A DNA stretch of 62,898 nt, filler included, from Hyphochytrium catenoides (taxonomy: Eukaryota; Protista; Hyphochytriomycota), in the NCBI GenBank assembly GCA_900088475.1. It is 5 parts of 5 records of this genome, joined end to end, with 100 filler letters (N's around TTAATTAATTAA, not from the genome) between each part and the next. Parts side by side here need not be neighbours in the genome. Positions count along the whole stretch, not along the records: positions 22,805 to 45,716 come from FLMG01002760.1; 4 more parts are not named here. One strand, written 5' to 3'. The translations under genes were made by a program, and so were the position numbers. This document shows positions 25,572 through 38,197 of this stretch, in pieces. Every line of letters begins with the position of its first letter. Position 1 is the stretch's first letter. Under the pieces are notes generated by a model. That model was not told where the DNA came from. It was given only the letters and a program-made list of their open reading frames with translations, and did no database searches.

Positions 25572-27319
25572 AGCGAGAGAGAATGAGAGAGAGACACAGG
25601 AAGCAAAAAGAGACCCACGAGACAGGTGTTCGTTGTAGCAGCAGCAACAAGCCGCATCACTGGCAGGAAGAGTAGCAGCGGCAACTGGAAAATGACGGAG
25701 GACGTGGAGAGGAGAACGGGAAGAAGAAGAGCGCAGGTTGCTATTTTGGGAACGGAAGGAATCCAGCCACCAGCCGCGGCCCCATAGCCTAGCAGCAGAG
25801 TGGAGGAGAGAGATAAGAGTAGGAAAAGGAAGAAGAAGAAGAGTTCGAGGACGGCGGAGAGGGAAGAAGAAGAAAGAAGAGGAAGCACTGGCCTCAACGC
25901 TCTACTCTTAGGAGGGAAAGAGAGAAAGAGAGAGAGCCGCCTTGGAGGGAGGAAGAAGGCAGTTCAACTATTGCCTCCACCTCTTTCTTCCTCATCTCTC
26001 TACTAGTAGTTCCCTTCTTCCCCTTCTGCTGCTGCTTCTGCTCTAATAAAAGCTCAATCTCCTCCTCCTGCCCGACGAGTGTCGCTGGCGGGGGCAGGAG
26101 GAGAAAGAGAAGAACAAGACACGATGCTGCTGATCATCGCATCTGTGGGAGGAAGAAGTGACACATGTCCAGGAGGAGAGGAAGAAGGAGAGAGGAGCGG
26201 TTAGGCTCACAAGGAACGAAGAAGCAGCTTGTACCTGCCTCGATGGACGGAAGGACTTCACCTTGTCCCCTCCGCCTCTCTGGCCACCGCCTGTTCAGAG
26301 CTAAGCCGTAAGGTAGTATTAGGCTAGCATGAGGAGTGGTTGGCGCTGCAAGTGAGGTGATGATAATGCTAAAGGCAGCATGTACGTAGACTCGTAGCAC
26401 CTGCTCGTCGCTTCTCCAGCGCCTAGAGAGGAACGGGGAAGGTCCACCCTGGCCTCCACCTCCAGGGCTAGCTGCCGGCTCATCACCAGGCGGGAAAGGC
26501 GAGAAGAAAAGCATTCAAAGTGAATCTATGGATAGCTCTTTATCTTGTTTTAGAGGAGAAGCCGCTGATCAGAGGAGCGCCAGGCGGCCGGTCGTGTGCA
26601 CTTGGGAACGAAGATGATGCCCGTCGAGTGCCTGGATGACAGGCCAGGCCAGGAAGGCGACAGCAGAAGAAGAGAATACGCTTCTAGGGAACTAGAGATG
26701 AGGCGGCGCAAGATTGGACTAATAAGGTCTGCTGATGGTTGAACTTTCATTGGCTGAGGAGGAGAGTGTTGTCATCACTTTCTGTCTTTGTGAAGATCTA
26801 GTCTTCGTCGTCGGGATTATAGATCAGTCACTTCCCGCCACTGTGTGCCCTGCAGTCTGCTGGGCCACCAACGCTTTCTTCTCCTCTCAGAAGCGAGCCA
26901 AGGAAGGAAGTCATAAGCATAATGATGACGCCGCACAGATGGGCAGAGAAGACCATTGTTGAAGCAGCGGAGAGAAGAATGATCTTTTGATTGTTAAACA
27001 GGCAAGAAGACTAGTGCACGCCGAGAAGAAGAAGGAACCATCTGACAGACAGGCCGACAGAGAGCGCCCACAAATAGTAACATAACCAGCTGGCCTTGAA
27101 GAGTAAACGGCTGGAAGAGTGGCTACTAGGTAGCAACCGGACTAAAAGAAGTACGAGCCAGACTCTGAGAATGAAGAGAGAGAGGAGCAGAGTGCACACG
27201 CCTATGTTGATATCAAGGACTGGCAACAGGACGGACAAGGAAAGACTAAAGATAAAGAAGAAAGTAGAGTCACAATTTGAGAAGAGAAGAGAGAGAGGAA
27301 AGAGTAGAGCACACTCCTT

Positions 27320-28693
27320 TTAGAATCTCACTTCCCGTTCCTCCTGCGCGCTGAGCCATTCTACCACCGCCATCTGCCCGTGCTTCTCCGCCTCTTCCCG
27401 AGCAAACGGAGAGCAGGCCTCATCTCTATGTTTATACAGATATTGGACCACCTCGAGATGGCCGTTCGCGGCCGCCCAGTCCATCGCATCCCGCGTACAG
27501 CCCTCTTCTCTATGTTCAGAGAGCCATCGGACCACCTCCAGATGTCCGTTTGAGGCCGCAAAGTCCATGGCGAACTTGGTGCAGCCCTCAGACCTATGCT
27601 GGTGGAGCCACCTCACGACGTCGAGGTGTCCGCTAGCGGCGGCGCGATCCATTGCCTCAGAGGTGGCCGCCTCTCTCTCCATGTGCAGCCACTGAATCAC
27701 GTCCAAGTGTCCCATCCGGGCGGCCCAATCTAGAGCCGTTGATCGCTTATTGGCCGGTCTTCGGCCGTATATTCCTCCTTTGTCCCGATCGTTCTCATGC
27801 ATCCACAGGATCACGTCTCGGTAGCTGCCGTTCACAATCCACTCAGCCGGCGCGATCACCTTCTCTGCGGCTTTTTCTTCATCTTCTGTCTTCCTCCTTA
27901 CTTCTCCCCCCGCTGTCCTCTCTTCTTCTTCGTCTTCTCTTCTGCCCTCCTTAGGGTTAGGCGAGTAAAATGGAGAAGATTGGGGAAGGGTAAGAGAGGG
28001 GCGACATGGAGGACGGGCATCGTCTTCTTCTTCTGTCTGGCGGGACAGCAAGTCCTTTTTCTCCTTTAATATATAGAGATGGCCTGACCGGGCAGCCTGC
28101 TCTCTATACTTCCACTGCTTGTAAGGGCGACCAGAAGAGAAAGAAGAGATGTAGCAGAACAGCAAAGGGTCTGACAGCGTTTGAAAGGCAGACGTCGTAT
28201 TACTCGTCTCCTCTATGGAAGGTCTCTCTTCTGCACTTCTTGACTGTGCTGTTGTGGCGTTTCTCTCCTCTTCTGTCTTCTTTCTCTTCTTTGTCTCCTG
28301 CCTTTCTTCCGAGGTGGCCTCCTCTTGTTTGGGCTCCTCTTGCTTTCTCTTTCCTTCTTTTTGAGATGGAAAGAGGAGAGCCGAAGGCGGGAGCGATGGC
28401 AGAAGAAGAGAGAGAAGGATTGCCCACCCCATCACCACTTCCGCAGCGCTCCCCACAAGAAGAGACCCGAGAGAGCGCAGGCTGATGAGGAGAGGAGAGA
28501 CATGCGCGGTAGCGGGAGGACAGTAAGAGGAAGGATGAGGAGAGAGAATGGAGGAGCTATCTGTACGGGGAGGGGCTAACCAGGAAGAAGAAGAAGGTTG
28601 ATTTTGCATCCTCCTGGTATTCAGTCTCTCCCTGTCCTCAACAAGAGAAGAAGAAGAGGCAACAGAAGGAGAGACTAGGATATCTGCATTCAT
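27320..28693 (-). CDS. Intronless ankyrin-repeat protein (AMDxAAxNGHLEVVxWL..RxEGCT type) with a low-complexity N-terminus
   Basis: Five C-terminal repeats of about 28 aa, e.g. TKFAMDFAASNGHLEVVRWLSEHREEGC and TRDAMDWAAANGHLEVVQYLYKHRDEAC; one long open frame; true start uncertain. Confidence 0.88.
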   Translation of the reverse strand: MNADILVSPSVASSSSLVEDRERLNTRRMQNQPSSSSWLAPPRTDSSSILSPHPSSYCPPATAHVSPLLISLRSLGSLLVGSAAEVVMGWAILLSLLLPSLPPSALLFPSQKEGKRKQEEPKQEEATSEERQETKKRKKTEEERNATTAQSRSAEERPSIEETSNTTSAFQTLSDPLLFCYISSFSSGRPYKQWKYREQAARSGHLYILKEKKDLLSRQTEEEDDARPPCRPSLTLPQSSPFYSPNPKEGRREDEEEERTAGGEVRRKTEDEEKAAEKVIAPAEWIVNGSYRDVILWMHENDRDKGGIYGRRPANKRSTALDWAARMGHLDVIQWLHMEREAATSEAMDRAAASGHLDVVRWLHQHRSEGCTKFAMDFAASNGHLEVVRWLSEHREEGCTRDAMDWAAANGHLEVVQYLYKHRDEACSPFAREEAEKHGQMAVVEWLSAQEEREVRF

Positions 28694-31600
28694 TGATGAA
28701 GCACGACAAGAAGAAGAAGAGAAACAACGGAGCAAAAAGAGGATTCAGCGGAGAGAGGACATAAAACCAGAGACCTGAATTGGGGAGATAATAGAGAGTA
28801 TACAGGAGAAGAGAGAGAGAGAGAGAGTACGGGAAAGAGAGAGAGAGAGAGAGGGAGAGGAAAAAATGCTTACACCGCTCGTGGGCGTGGGAGGACTCTT
28901 AAGTAAAAAGCAGGACTTAGGGTGGAAGAAACACAGGAGGACGCAGGCTAGCTGCCAGCAGCAGCGTGGAACGACGTTCGAGAGAGGAAGCAAATGGGAG
29001 AATGAGCCGCTGGAAGTAGACCGGGAAAGACTCCTCCCTGGGTCTCTCCTCTCTTGAAGTTGAAGGAGCGGTAAGAAGTGATGGTCAGCTCTTTCTACAG
29101 TCCATAGATAATATTAGCCTGTAAGCTTTCTGTCTGTTCGTCCTCAATCATTCGTACGAGTAGACATCATTATCATCCTTTATAATAGACAAGTGAGGCA
29201 TAGTGTAGAGCAAAAGAGAGGGGAGAGAGAGAGAGAGAGAGAGGAGATGATGATGGTAAACTGGCTAGTTGAGGGGAACTTGTAAGCCAACCCTTACAGG
29301 TAGTAGAAGTGCGGCCAGACTAGAGGGGAGNNNNNNNNNNNNNNNNNNNNNNNNNNNNNNNNNNNNNNNNNNNNNNNNNNNNNNNNNNNNNNNNNNNNNN
29401 NNNNNNNNNNNNNNNNNNNNNNNNNNNNNNNNNNNNNNNNNNNNNNNGGAGAAGCAACAGCAAGGCAGGAAAGTCAAAAGAAGCCACGGAGCGACAGCTG
29501 ACCAGGGAAAGGAACTTTCCACAAGTTCCTCATGACTCTTTCTCACCCTCGCTCTCCACCTCTCTCTTCTCTTCAACGCCTCCATCTCGTGACCCAGATC
29601 CCAACAGGAACTCCAGCATGAGAGAACGCCACCTGTTGTGTGGTTGGAGTTGTCAAATATCTTGCCAAATAACGACTCAAACCCTATTCTTAGCAGACTG
29701 CAAATTATGACTGTAAATTGACATTTGACTTCTATTGTTTACAGCTCTCCTGCTATAATATATACGGAGTATAAAAAGATTGGGCTTACCTTTTGTGTGG
29801 ACCATGTGAATTATACGTTATTGACACCTTGCAGGTCAGGCAGGTGGGTAGGATATACTGCCCAATCAGGACGAAGGACGGGTGCGTGGTGGCATCTGGT
29901 TGGTCGATTGGCCATTGAGAGGAAGGAAGCATAGAGCGATACATGAGCTGATACATGTCGTTGTTGTTAGCGCTGTTAGGCCGATTCATCGTGTAGGACG
30001 TCGTACTCAAGACAAAAGTATTCGAGACAGAAAATGAAGAATAAGGGCTCGCTCGGGCTCTAACAACCTTACAGTTTTTCCAAGTCCTGCTGGCTTGTCC
30101 TTTAATTCTAGTTCTTTATCATTGCTAGAAATGTGGCCTTTCATTAACGAGCAATGACCAAGGAGTTGACTAATTGCTTGTACTGTAGGTTGTTCATTCC
30201 TTGTTTTTTATTATTGTCTATTATCTAGGTTCATGAAGAACAACGCCACTTTGCTCCGCGGAAGAGGGACAACTGGGTGGCCGCTGTTGTTGTCCATGTA
30301 TGCTTTGTGATGAACATGTTCATGATGACGACAACAAGGCAGGCAGCAGGCGACCTCTACATGTTTCCACCATTCTTTCTAAAAATAGCAAACAAAGGAG
30401 AAGCAGCAGCTGCTGCTGGGCTGCGCCCCGGGATGGGAGGAGCCGAGGGGTTTGCCCAACATCCTCTATCGTCATCATTATGCTCTTCCTGCTTCCGCCG
30501 ACAACAACGACGTCAACTACTGCGGGGCGTTTGACTCGCTACGTCAACCTTCATTCTTGCTGTCTGGTGGAAGTGAGTTGTCAGTAGTTATTAGTGGTAT
30601 TAAAAGTATCTGTTGTTGATTATTTTTCTTCCTTCCTAGGTTTCGTCGTCATCTCAGTTTCTTGGATTCTTTTCCTTTTTATTGAAGGAGAAAAATAAAT
30701 AGTCCTCGTTGGTGAGTAGCTGTCTTCTTGCCCGCCACACTCTTCCCGATCCCTGCTGCTCTCCATTCTATATACTATGGGTGGGTGGGGACATAACAGT
30801 ACGCTACTATGTATGCGCCACTGCCCTGCGTCTCATAGAAGAAGAAGAGGATTCATATTTTACCATCATTAAATATATCCTACTACTACTTTATTACTGA
30901 CTTTAGAAGAGAACAGTATAGAACCCACGGGGGGAAAATGAAAAACAGTAACTAACTAGCTATCTGGAACTATGGACTACTTACTGCTTACTACTCCTAG
31001 AGACCTACTACAACTACTACTCTCCCTAAACCAACCCGCCAAGGACTGCTCCAGGAACCTGCTGCAGGATTACTTCCTGGAGGGCTCGTGGGAGAGGAAG
31101 TCGTGCAGAGACCATCTGCACATTGGGCCGCTGGATATGAACAGATATTCTGCCATAGATAGAATTGAAAAGGGAAGACAAAGAACCCCCCCCCCTTTCC
31201 ACATCTACCATGTATTATCGCCCGGATCCAGTGAAGTAGAGTGCTATGGACTTCCTCCGTTGCACCACCAAACGTTTCCCATACAAGCGGAACAAAGCCA
31301 TATGCCTACTACTCTTCTTCTAGTACTACTAAGAATATATAAGAAAGTCAACACTAAACAACTATTCTTTCCTTCTTACTTACATTGGTTGTTATACATC
31401 TATGTACAGTTCATTACCGGGGGCGGAGGAGAAAAAAGCTCCTGCGGCACTGCTGCTGCTGCTCCTCCACCCCGCCGTTTTCAACCACTTTTCTCCGCCC
31501 AAAAAATGGATACTTTAGGTTGATGGGGGGCGCTCTTCTTCGTTCTTGCTCTATTAAAAATTCTCTCTCGTCTCTCTAATAGTCTATTTATTTGTCATTG

Positions 31601-33439
31601 CCCCTCACATTCTTCTATTAATTGAATAAGATTCTTCTTCTCCTCCATCCTTAACCCAGTCTGCGTTAACAAAGCTGAATAAGGGGAAGAGAGGAAGAGA
31701 GGAGCCGGACGAGAGTCTGTAGTTTGAGTCTATGATAAGGGCGGCAGCAGTGCCAAGGAAGAACCCTTGCTGCCTCGACAATTGTTGTCCTTCGCTTGAT
31801 TGCCACTTTTATTAAGGTTTCTGTCGTCTTTCATAAACGCCAACCATGATGACACTGGGGTCGCAGAAGGGGTTAAATAGGAATCATCAGCAATTCCGAT
31901 GTATTTTGCCCCCAAACATTTACCACCGGGGCGTCCTACCCAACAATCAACCAACTTAAGCATGCGTGGGGGTGTTTCATTACTACCCTATGACAAAGCA
32001 GCAACAGAAGGTGACGCATGGAAGCGGCCGTTGTTCAGAACATGAATATTCAAGGGCCATAGTACTTAGTGCTGGTCTTGAGAGCAAGATATTCAAGCAC
32101 CACAAGATCCAATGTAGAGAAGAAAAGTTCTTCCTGTCAACTGTGGTCCCTTCGGCGGGGAGAAATGATTTACGCAGTCTCTTAATATGCACTTCAATCT
32201 ATAGATGGGCCGGGATAGTCAAGGGTTTGATGTCTTTCCTAAATTTCTAGGTACATATGGAGCTTATACCTATCACTGAGTATAGCCAAACCTTCTAAAG
32301 CAGGCCATCAAACGAGAAGAAAGTGCAATAGTGGGGAGGATCTACGTATATAGTGCCTTTCAGATATATTCATACAAAGAGTTTGCAAGAAAGGTCTTAT
32401 TACAAGTCACCAAGTTGAATCTCGTCTCTCTTGCTAGCTTCTGTTTTGCTGACAGCAACAAGAGGGAAGAAGTTTCCTGTCGGTCTACTTGTGTCCAGGG
32501 ATCAATTTAACTACCAAGTGGTGGCAAAAAGGGAACATAACTCACTATAATTCTATATCGAGAACCAAAGGACAGGACAATGAGGAGTTTATTGACAAGT
32601 AGCAAGACATGTCATTAACACCGATTACAAATAACAGAACCGCCGAGGGCAGGAGCTGGGTGTCAACAAGCAGAAATAGCGAACAAACCACCAGGTATCG
32701 CGGTGCAGAGTGCCGAAAAGAAAACGACGTAATAGTAGTAGTCATCATCCATCACATTAACAAAGGGATAAAGTAACACGAGAAGACGAATTCAGAAACC
32801 GCTGCGTAGCCCCACCATCGTCACTACTTCTGTGCTATAAACTGCCACATTTCGTCATCGTCACCACCATCATCGTCACCATGAGTACTATAAAATATCT
32901 CCCTACAATGATAAAAATACATTATATTAGTATCACGACGCACGCCTTGTTGTTGAGCTGCCCCTCCTCGGTCAACCACCACCATGGATGCAATGCTGTC
33001 AACAGCAAAGAATTGCAATAAATAATAGGGGCGGGAGATATGAACGAAACTGTCCATCATCCATCCAAAAACACCATCATGATACTATGGTGATTGTTAT
33101 AATAACTCGCCACCATCCTCGTGGCTCCCGCCGCGCTCATCATCATTAATTATTATGGCAAGGGGAAAGTGACAAAATATTCAGGCAAAAACAGATATCA
33201 AGCTTAGAACGAGAATGTAGGGATTTATTTGATCAGAAGTAGTAGAAAGAATAGAATTACTCAGCGTATGCCGCAATAATAAGAAGTAGAGTAGAGTAGA
33301 TATACTTTCTATATCACTACCTACGACAATGAAGGAGAGAAGGTGGTGGCTAGGTGCTTTATAATATATGGTGGTGGAAGTAAAAAAAAAGAAGTACTCC
33401 CGAACCAACGGCGGACGACCATCGATGATAATCATCATG

Positions 33440-33810
33440 CCATCATCTCATGGAGCAGCAAACAACAACAACAACAGCAGCAGGCTACTGCTAGCAGAAT
33501 CATCATCATCAATCATCATCATCATCAATCACCATCATCTTCTGTCGGTTGTTGTACAAAGTAGTAGTGCTGATGGTTGCGTCCCTCCTACCGACGACGA
33601 CCACCGCCAGCAGCAGCACTACTGTTGACCCACCACCACCAACACCAACAACAACAATAGAGCCACCACCGACCTTGGTTGTTGTCCCATCATCACGAAG
33701 AGTAAAGGGGCCGCTCCTCGCCGCTGCTGCTGTATTATTATTATCTCCACCCTCCTCCTCCTTCCTCTGTACTGTGGGCGTGCCACCACCACCACCACCA
33801 CCTTTTCCGC
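33440..33810. repeat. Trinucleotide low-complexity tract (CAA/CAT/CAC/CAG)
   Basis: Runs such as caacaacaacaacagcag, catcatcatcaatcatcatc and ccaccaccaccacc. Confidence 0.7.
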
Positions 33811-35944
33811 ACAAAAAGAACCATGAAAACAAGAATACTGGACGTTACAACGGCTCTTTTTCCCGCCACAGCGGAGGCGGATGGGACACATAAACTATTG
33901 GAGTTTATATGTAGCTCATCAGCGGCCCATCCATCTAGTGGTACTCATTCCGCATACAGGTTGACGAATTTCTCTTTACTAGCCTCCACAGCGAACTGTT
34001 ATCAGAAATAGTCTCACGTTCTGGCCTGCAGTAGCCCTTAGTTTCTCGTACAAAGCACCTTCCTTACGTTTATTTCTGTAGCTTTCCTCTCACTGCCACA
34101 AAAATTATCACCCTAACTCTGTCTCGTTCGTCTTTAGGCCTAATACTTATTCTTGGTGTCTCTTTCATATCTGTCTTGGTCAGTGTATCCACCATCCCAA
34201 ACCCTGGTTATTTTCTCTCCCAGCCTCTCTGTCTCTCTGTCTCCACTCCTCACTCGCTCTCTGTCTATCCTCCTCTTGTCTCCTACTCCTATGTCATTCG
34301 CTTTTGGGCTTTTCTTCTTGGTCCCTTCCTTCTCAATCAGAGCTCCTCTCTCTCTCTCTATCTCTCTCACTCTCTCTCTCTCTCTCTCTCTCTCTTCCTC
34401 ACAAGCTCCCACCTTTCATGTCACACCCTTCTCAAGCTCTACCTCCTCTCGCCCTAAAGCAGCCATAAAGCTGGCTGAGCTTGCGCATCTTTCTTTCTCT
34501 CCTTCCCCTGTCGCTTCTCTCTTCGTCGAATTTCCACAGCGGTGAATCTCCCTCTCTCTCCTGGCCTCTTCCAGACTTTCTCCAAGCTCTCGCGCTCCTC
34601 GTCTCTCTTGCTCACACCGTCTGCTGCGAGTGCCACTGTTGTTGCTCGTCGCCCGCGCTCTTGCTATCATTATCGCCCTCTTCTGTCTTGCCTCTGCCTT
34701 CTGGTGGTGGCTCTACGCTCTCCGCCTTCCATTACCGCCTCTTCTCTCGATACATCCAGCTCTGTCGGCGCTTGCTGGCCACAAGAAGATCAGCGTGCCG
34801 GCAACTTCTCTCTCTTTGTGCTTTGTAATATCCACATCCCCACGCAAGTCTCTTGTCGCTGCTGCTGGTAGATAACAGGAGCTGTTCTGGGCCAAGCAGC
34901 CAGCGGCGCCAAGCCTTCTTCACTTGTTGTTATTGGGTCATCACCTCGGCTTTCTCTCTTATCATCACTCACCTTCTTCTGCACCTCCCGGCAGGCCAAA
35001 CAATAGTCGTCTTCTATCTTCTCTTCTTCTCCCTCCTATTCTCCTCCCTCCACTCACTTCGTCTAATTAGTCGAAGGTACTGGCGAGCAGCGGCTTCAGT
35101 CTCACCATCTCTCATCTTCTCGCTCCTATCCTTTCTAGTCTTCTTGGGCTTCTTACTTCAGGTTTGGGCTTTGGCTCCTCCTGAGCAGCCCACAGTTCTT
35201 CTTCTCCACCTTCTTCTCTTTGCTGCTTATAAATAAATATCTTCCTCTCTTGCCTGACGAAAGGGAGGATATGTGACCTGGGGGAGGGCCAAGACAACTC
35301 CCAACGAGAAAGAGATTTTCTACCGCTTCCAAGCCTTCACTTCCTACTTCGCTCGCTTCTCCAGCACAGCTATTGAAGCTGCATCTTTTGCCCATCCACC
35401 GTGCGCACGTCGTCTGTGGAAGGGACGAAACAGATCTAGTGGTATCGAGGGTAAGTATAGACTCTGTCTCGAGGGCTAAAGGTGCCTCTCTTATCTTACC
35501 CTCTTCTTTCGCTTTTTGCTCTTTTGCTGTTCTTCTGCAAAAAGCTCATATTCCGTTCTTTTCTTTATTAAATTAGCCAGGATCCATTGACCTTGCCTTT
35601 TCCTAGTCTCCTCGCCACCCATCTCTCGATTCCTCCTCTCCTTTTCTCTTATATGTCAGGCCTCCAATCCTCCTTGTTGTCCCCTTAGCCCCTTCTTTCT
35701 GACCCTGTCTCTCTCGGTGGACCATTTGGACTGGGTGAAATAATTCTGTGCTTGGGTTATCTTCACGTGGTACTACTGCTGCTAGTCCCTTCCTTATGAG
35801 TGCGGTACACATTGCACGACACTACGGGGAAGATGATTGTTAACGGCTCTTCTTACAGTTGGATAAAGAGAACAAGGAGGGACGGAGCATTACAAACATG
35901 GCGGGCGTTCTTCAGATCACTAGGGTTGGTCTTTCTGAGGGGCA

Positions 35945-38197
35945 ATGGCCCTAAGTCAACCAGTGATGATGATGAGAAGTCAGCCTTCCTCAAGCGCACC
36001 GATTCTCCAAAGCCAAACCCCTGCCTCCGAGTCGGCAGGTGTTCTAAGAAGTGGCAAAGCGCTTCCAGAACGTTCGAGCCATCTGGTCGCCGCTGACATG
36101 GGGAAGATTCAGGCAAAGGAAATGGGTGGACGAGGGAATAGTGGAAGTTCAGGCTCCCTCCCGCAAGAAGGGGGCTCCACTTACAATCCCGGAAAGGTGA
36201 AAGTTCCGGATGGTGCTCCTTTGGTTCCTGAATGGGCTTCCTCTCCTTCACAGAGACGACGGATTGAGCCTCAGGCAAGGCATCATGACAGCTTAAGTCA
36301 AAGTCAAGCGGGTGTTTTCAAACCTCCAGCTACAAACGAGGGTAGCTGCTCAGCTGCATCAGGTTCAGCTGCACCGCATAGCGCCGACTCTGACTTTCAG
36401 GAGGTAACCGAATATATTCAGATATCCAAGGAGGACTGGCTAGACTGGCCTCAGGGTAAGGGGAAACTTCTAAGACTTCTGGGCAACATGGAGGACGTCC
36501 ATGCGCGAGAGCGAGAGAAGTATCAGCTAGCTACCGGATCCAACGATGCCCCACTGAAGAGCAAAGCCATAGATCTTGAAGCCGAAGATGCTGCCGCTGA
36601 GAGATTGGCTGAAAGAGTTCTGACTTCACTTTGGCTATTACGGAGAAGGCAACGCGAGTTGGACCGAAGAAAGACCCTTGATAACCGTACGACGCAGGGG
36701 GACAGCCTCTTCCAGGCGGACTCTTTTTGTAGGACGGAGGTTGAGGACAACAAGGTCATGTCAGTCCTATCAAGCCACCCTTCTGCTCCTCCTCCTTCGT
36801 ATGGTAGGATCAGGCGAATGTGGGTTCCGGAAGAAGACCCCATATTCGTACTTGAAACTGCAGGAGATGCAGAAGGGCCAGAGGAAGTAGACCTTCAACT
36901 AGAGGAGAAGGAGAACAAGAACTTAGACAGCAGTGGCCGCCAAAGGGAAACCGAGTCAGAGCAAGCACGAAAGAAGCTGCGAACGGCCCTAAGCTCTAAT
37001 GGTGATTACCACGAGGGCTCCCATATCTTGACCGAGTGCGATAGCTCACAACAGGTAGAGTTTGCGTCTTCTCAAGCAACTGAGAAAGGGAAGACACTGT
37101 CCGCTGCGAAGATGGAGGCTCAAAAAGCCTTAAGCACGGCCCTCCGACACAATCTGAGCCTTCTTAGAACTAATGGAGAGAAGAGAGAGAACGTAGTTGT
37201 AAAAAATACCAATTTTGTAGGGAATGCTGCTGACGACCAGCGAGGAGACCTCACAGCGCACCATGCTGTACCGTCCCCTAGTGATCACCCTAGTACTTCT
37301 CCTAACCTTCAGAAGAAGCCAAAAGACACCACGTCAGGCTCGCTGGGAGAGGATCATACGAAAGCAACTGGTTCCTCTACTTCAAGCGAAGCGCCAAGAT
37401 TCTCTAGATTGCTGCAAGACCGGGCAATCTCTGGCGCTTCTCCTCCAACAGCCCTGTCTGCAGATAAAGAGGCGTTAGAGAGTTCTGATTCCAAGAAAAG
37501 CCAGCTCCAGATCCATATTAGAGAGTCTATCTCTGCACTGTCCAAGGGTACAGTCGAGAAGAAGCGTCAAGCGGCACTTATGCTTAGTAGGCTGACGTGG
37601 AAGAGTTTACGCAATCGGATGCTTGTAGTGCAGGCAGGGGCTGTTGCTCCGCTCCTTACGTTGTTGAAGGAGGGGTCTGAAGAAGCGGCAGAAGCCTTGC
37701 GGAATCTCATCTCGTTGGAAAGCGTCAAGACCTCTATAGCGCAGGCTGACGCCATCCCAGCCTTGGTGCAGCTTGTTAAGTCTGGCTCTATGACGGCAAG
37801 GCAGAAGTCAGCTGGCATATTATGGAGCCTAGCACTCGATAGTGATAAGAACCAGGCGGCTATTGCGGCTGGAGGAGGGATTGCTCCTTTGGTGGATTTG
37901 CTTGAAATAGGCAACCCTCAGGCGAAAGAGGAAGCCTCGGGTGCCTTGCTAGACCTGGCTTGCAACCAACAAAACCAAGTTTTGATCGCAGAAGCGGGGG
38001 GCATTCCTGCTTTACTGGAGGTCCTTCGAACTGGTTCCGTCATAGCCAAGGAGCGAGCAGCGATTGCTGTTGGAAACCTGGCTTGCAATGCAGAGAATGA
38101 GCAGAAGATTATCCAAATGGGCGGAGTAGAGACGCTCCTAGCGCTGGCAAAGGGGGGCTCTCTGAACGCCGCCAACGCCCTGCGGACCTTCCGATAG
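35945..38197 (+). CDS. Intronless armadillo-repeat protein (750 aa; disordered N-terminus, ~5-6 C-terminal ARM repeats, Vac8/U-box-ARM-like)
   Basis: 2.25-kb ATG-to-TAG ORF with ARM repeats AGAVAPLLTLLKEGS, ADAIPALVQLVKSGS, GGGIAPLVDLLEIGN, AGGIPALLEVLRTGS and MGGVETLLALAKGGS. Confidence 0.9.
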   Translation: MALSQPVMMMRSQPSSSAPILQSQTPASESAGVLRSGKALPERSSHLVAADMGKIQAKEMGGRGNSGSSGSLPQEGGSTYNPGKVKVPDGAPLVPEWASSPSQRRRIEPQARHHDSLSQSQAGVFKPPATNEGSCSAASGSAAPHSADSDFQEVTEYIQISKEDWLDWPQGKGKLLRLLGNMEDVHAREREKYQLATGSNDAPLKSKAIDLEAEDAAAERLAERVLTSLWLLRRRQRELDRRKTLDNRTTQGDSLFQADSFCRTEVEDNKVMSVLSSHPSAPPPSYGRIRRMWVPEEDPIFVLETAGDAEGPEEVDLQLEEKENKNLDSSGRQRETESEQARKKLRTALSSNGDYHEGSHILTECDSSQQVEFASSQATEKGKTLSAAKMEAQKALSTALRHNLSLLRTNGEKRENVVVKNTNFVGNAADDQRGDLTAHHAVPSPSDHPSTSPNLQKKPKDTTSGSLGEDHTKATGSSTSSEAPRFSRLLQDRAISGASPPTALSADKEALESSDSKKSQLQIHIRESISALSKGTVEKKRQAALMLSRLTWKSLRNRMLVVQAGAVAPLLTLLKEGSEEAAEALRNLISLESVKTSIAQADAIPALVQLVKSGSMTARQKSAGILWSLALDSDKNQAAIAAGGGIAPLVDLLEIGNPQAKEEASGALLDLACNQQNQVLIAEAGGIPALLEVLRTGSVIAKERAAIAVGNLACNAENEQKIIQMGGVETLLALAKGGSLNAANALRTFR

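Noticed and set aside
30972-31523. 183-aa ORF
   Set aside because: No recognisable motif; lies in low-complexity AT-rich DNA; at best a decayed relic.
34150-35480. Hydrophobic ORFs resembling membrane proteins
   Set aside because: The hydrophobicity comes from CT-rich composition; no consistent exon structure or family motif.
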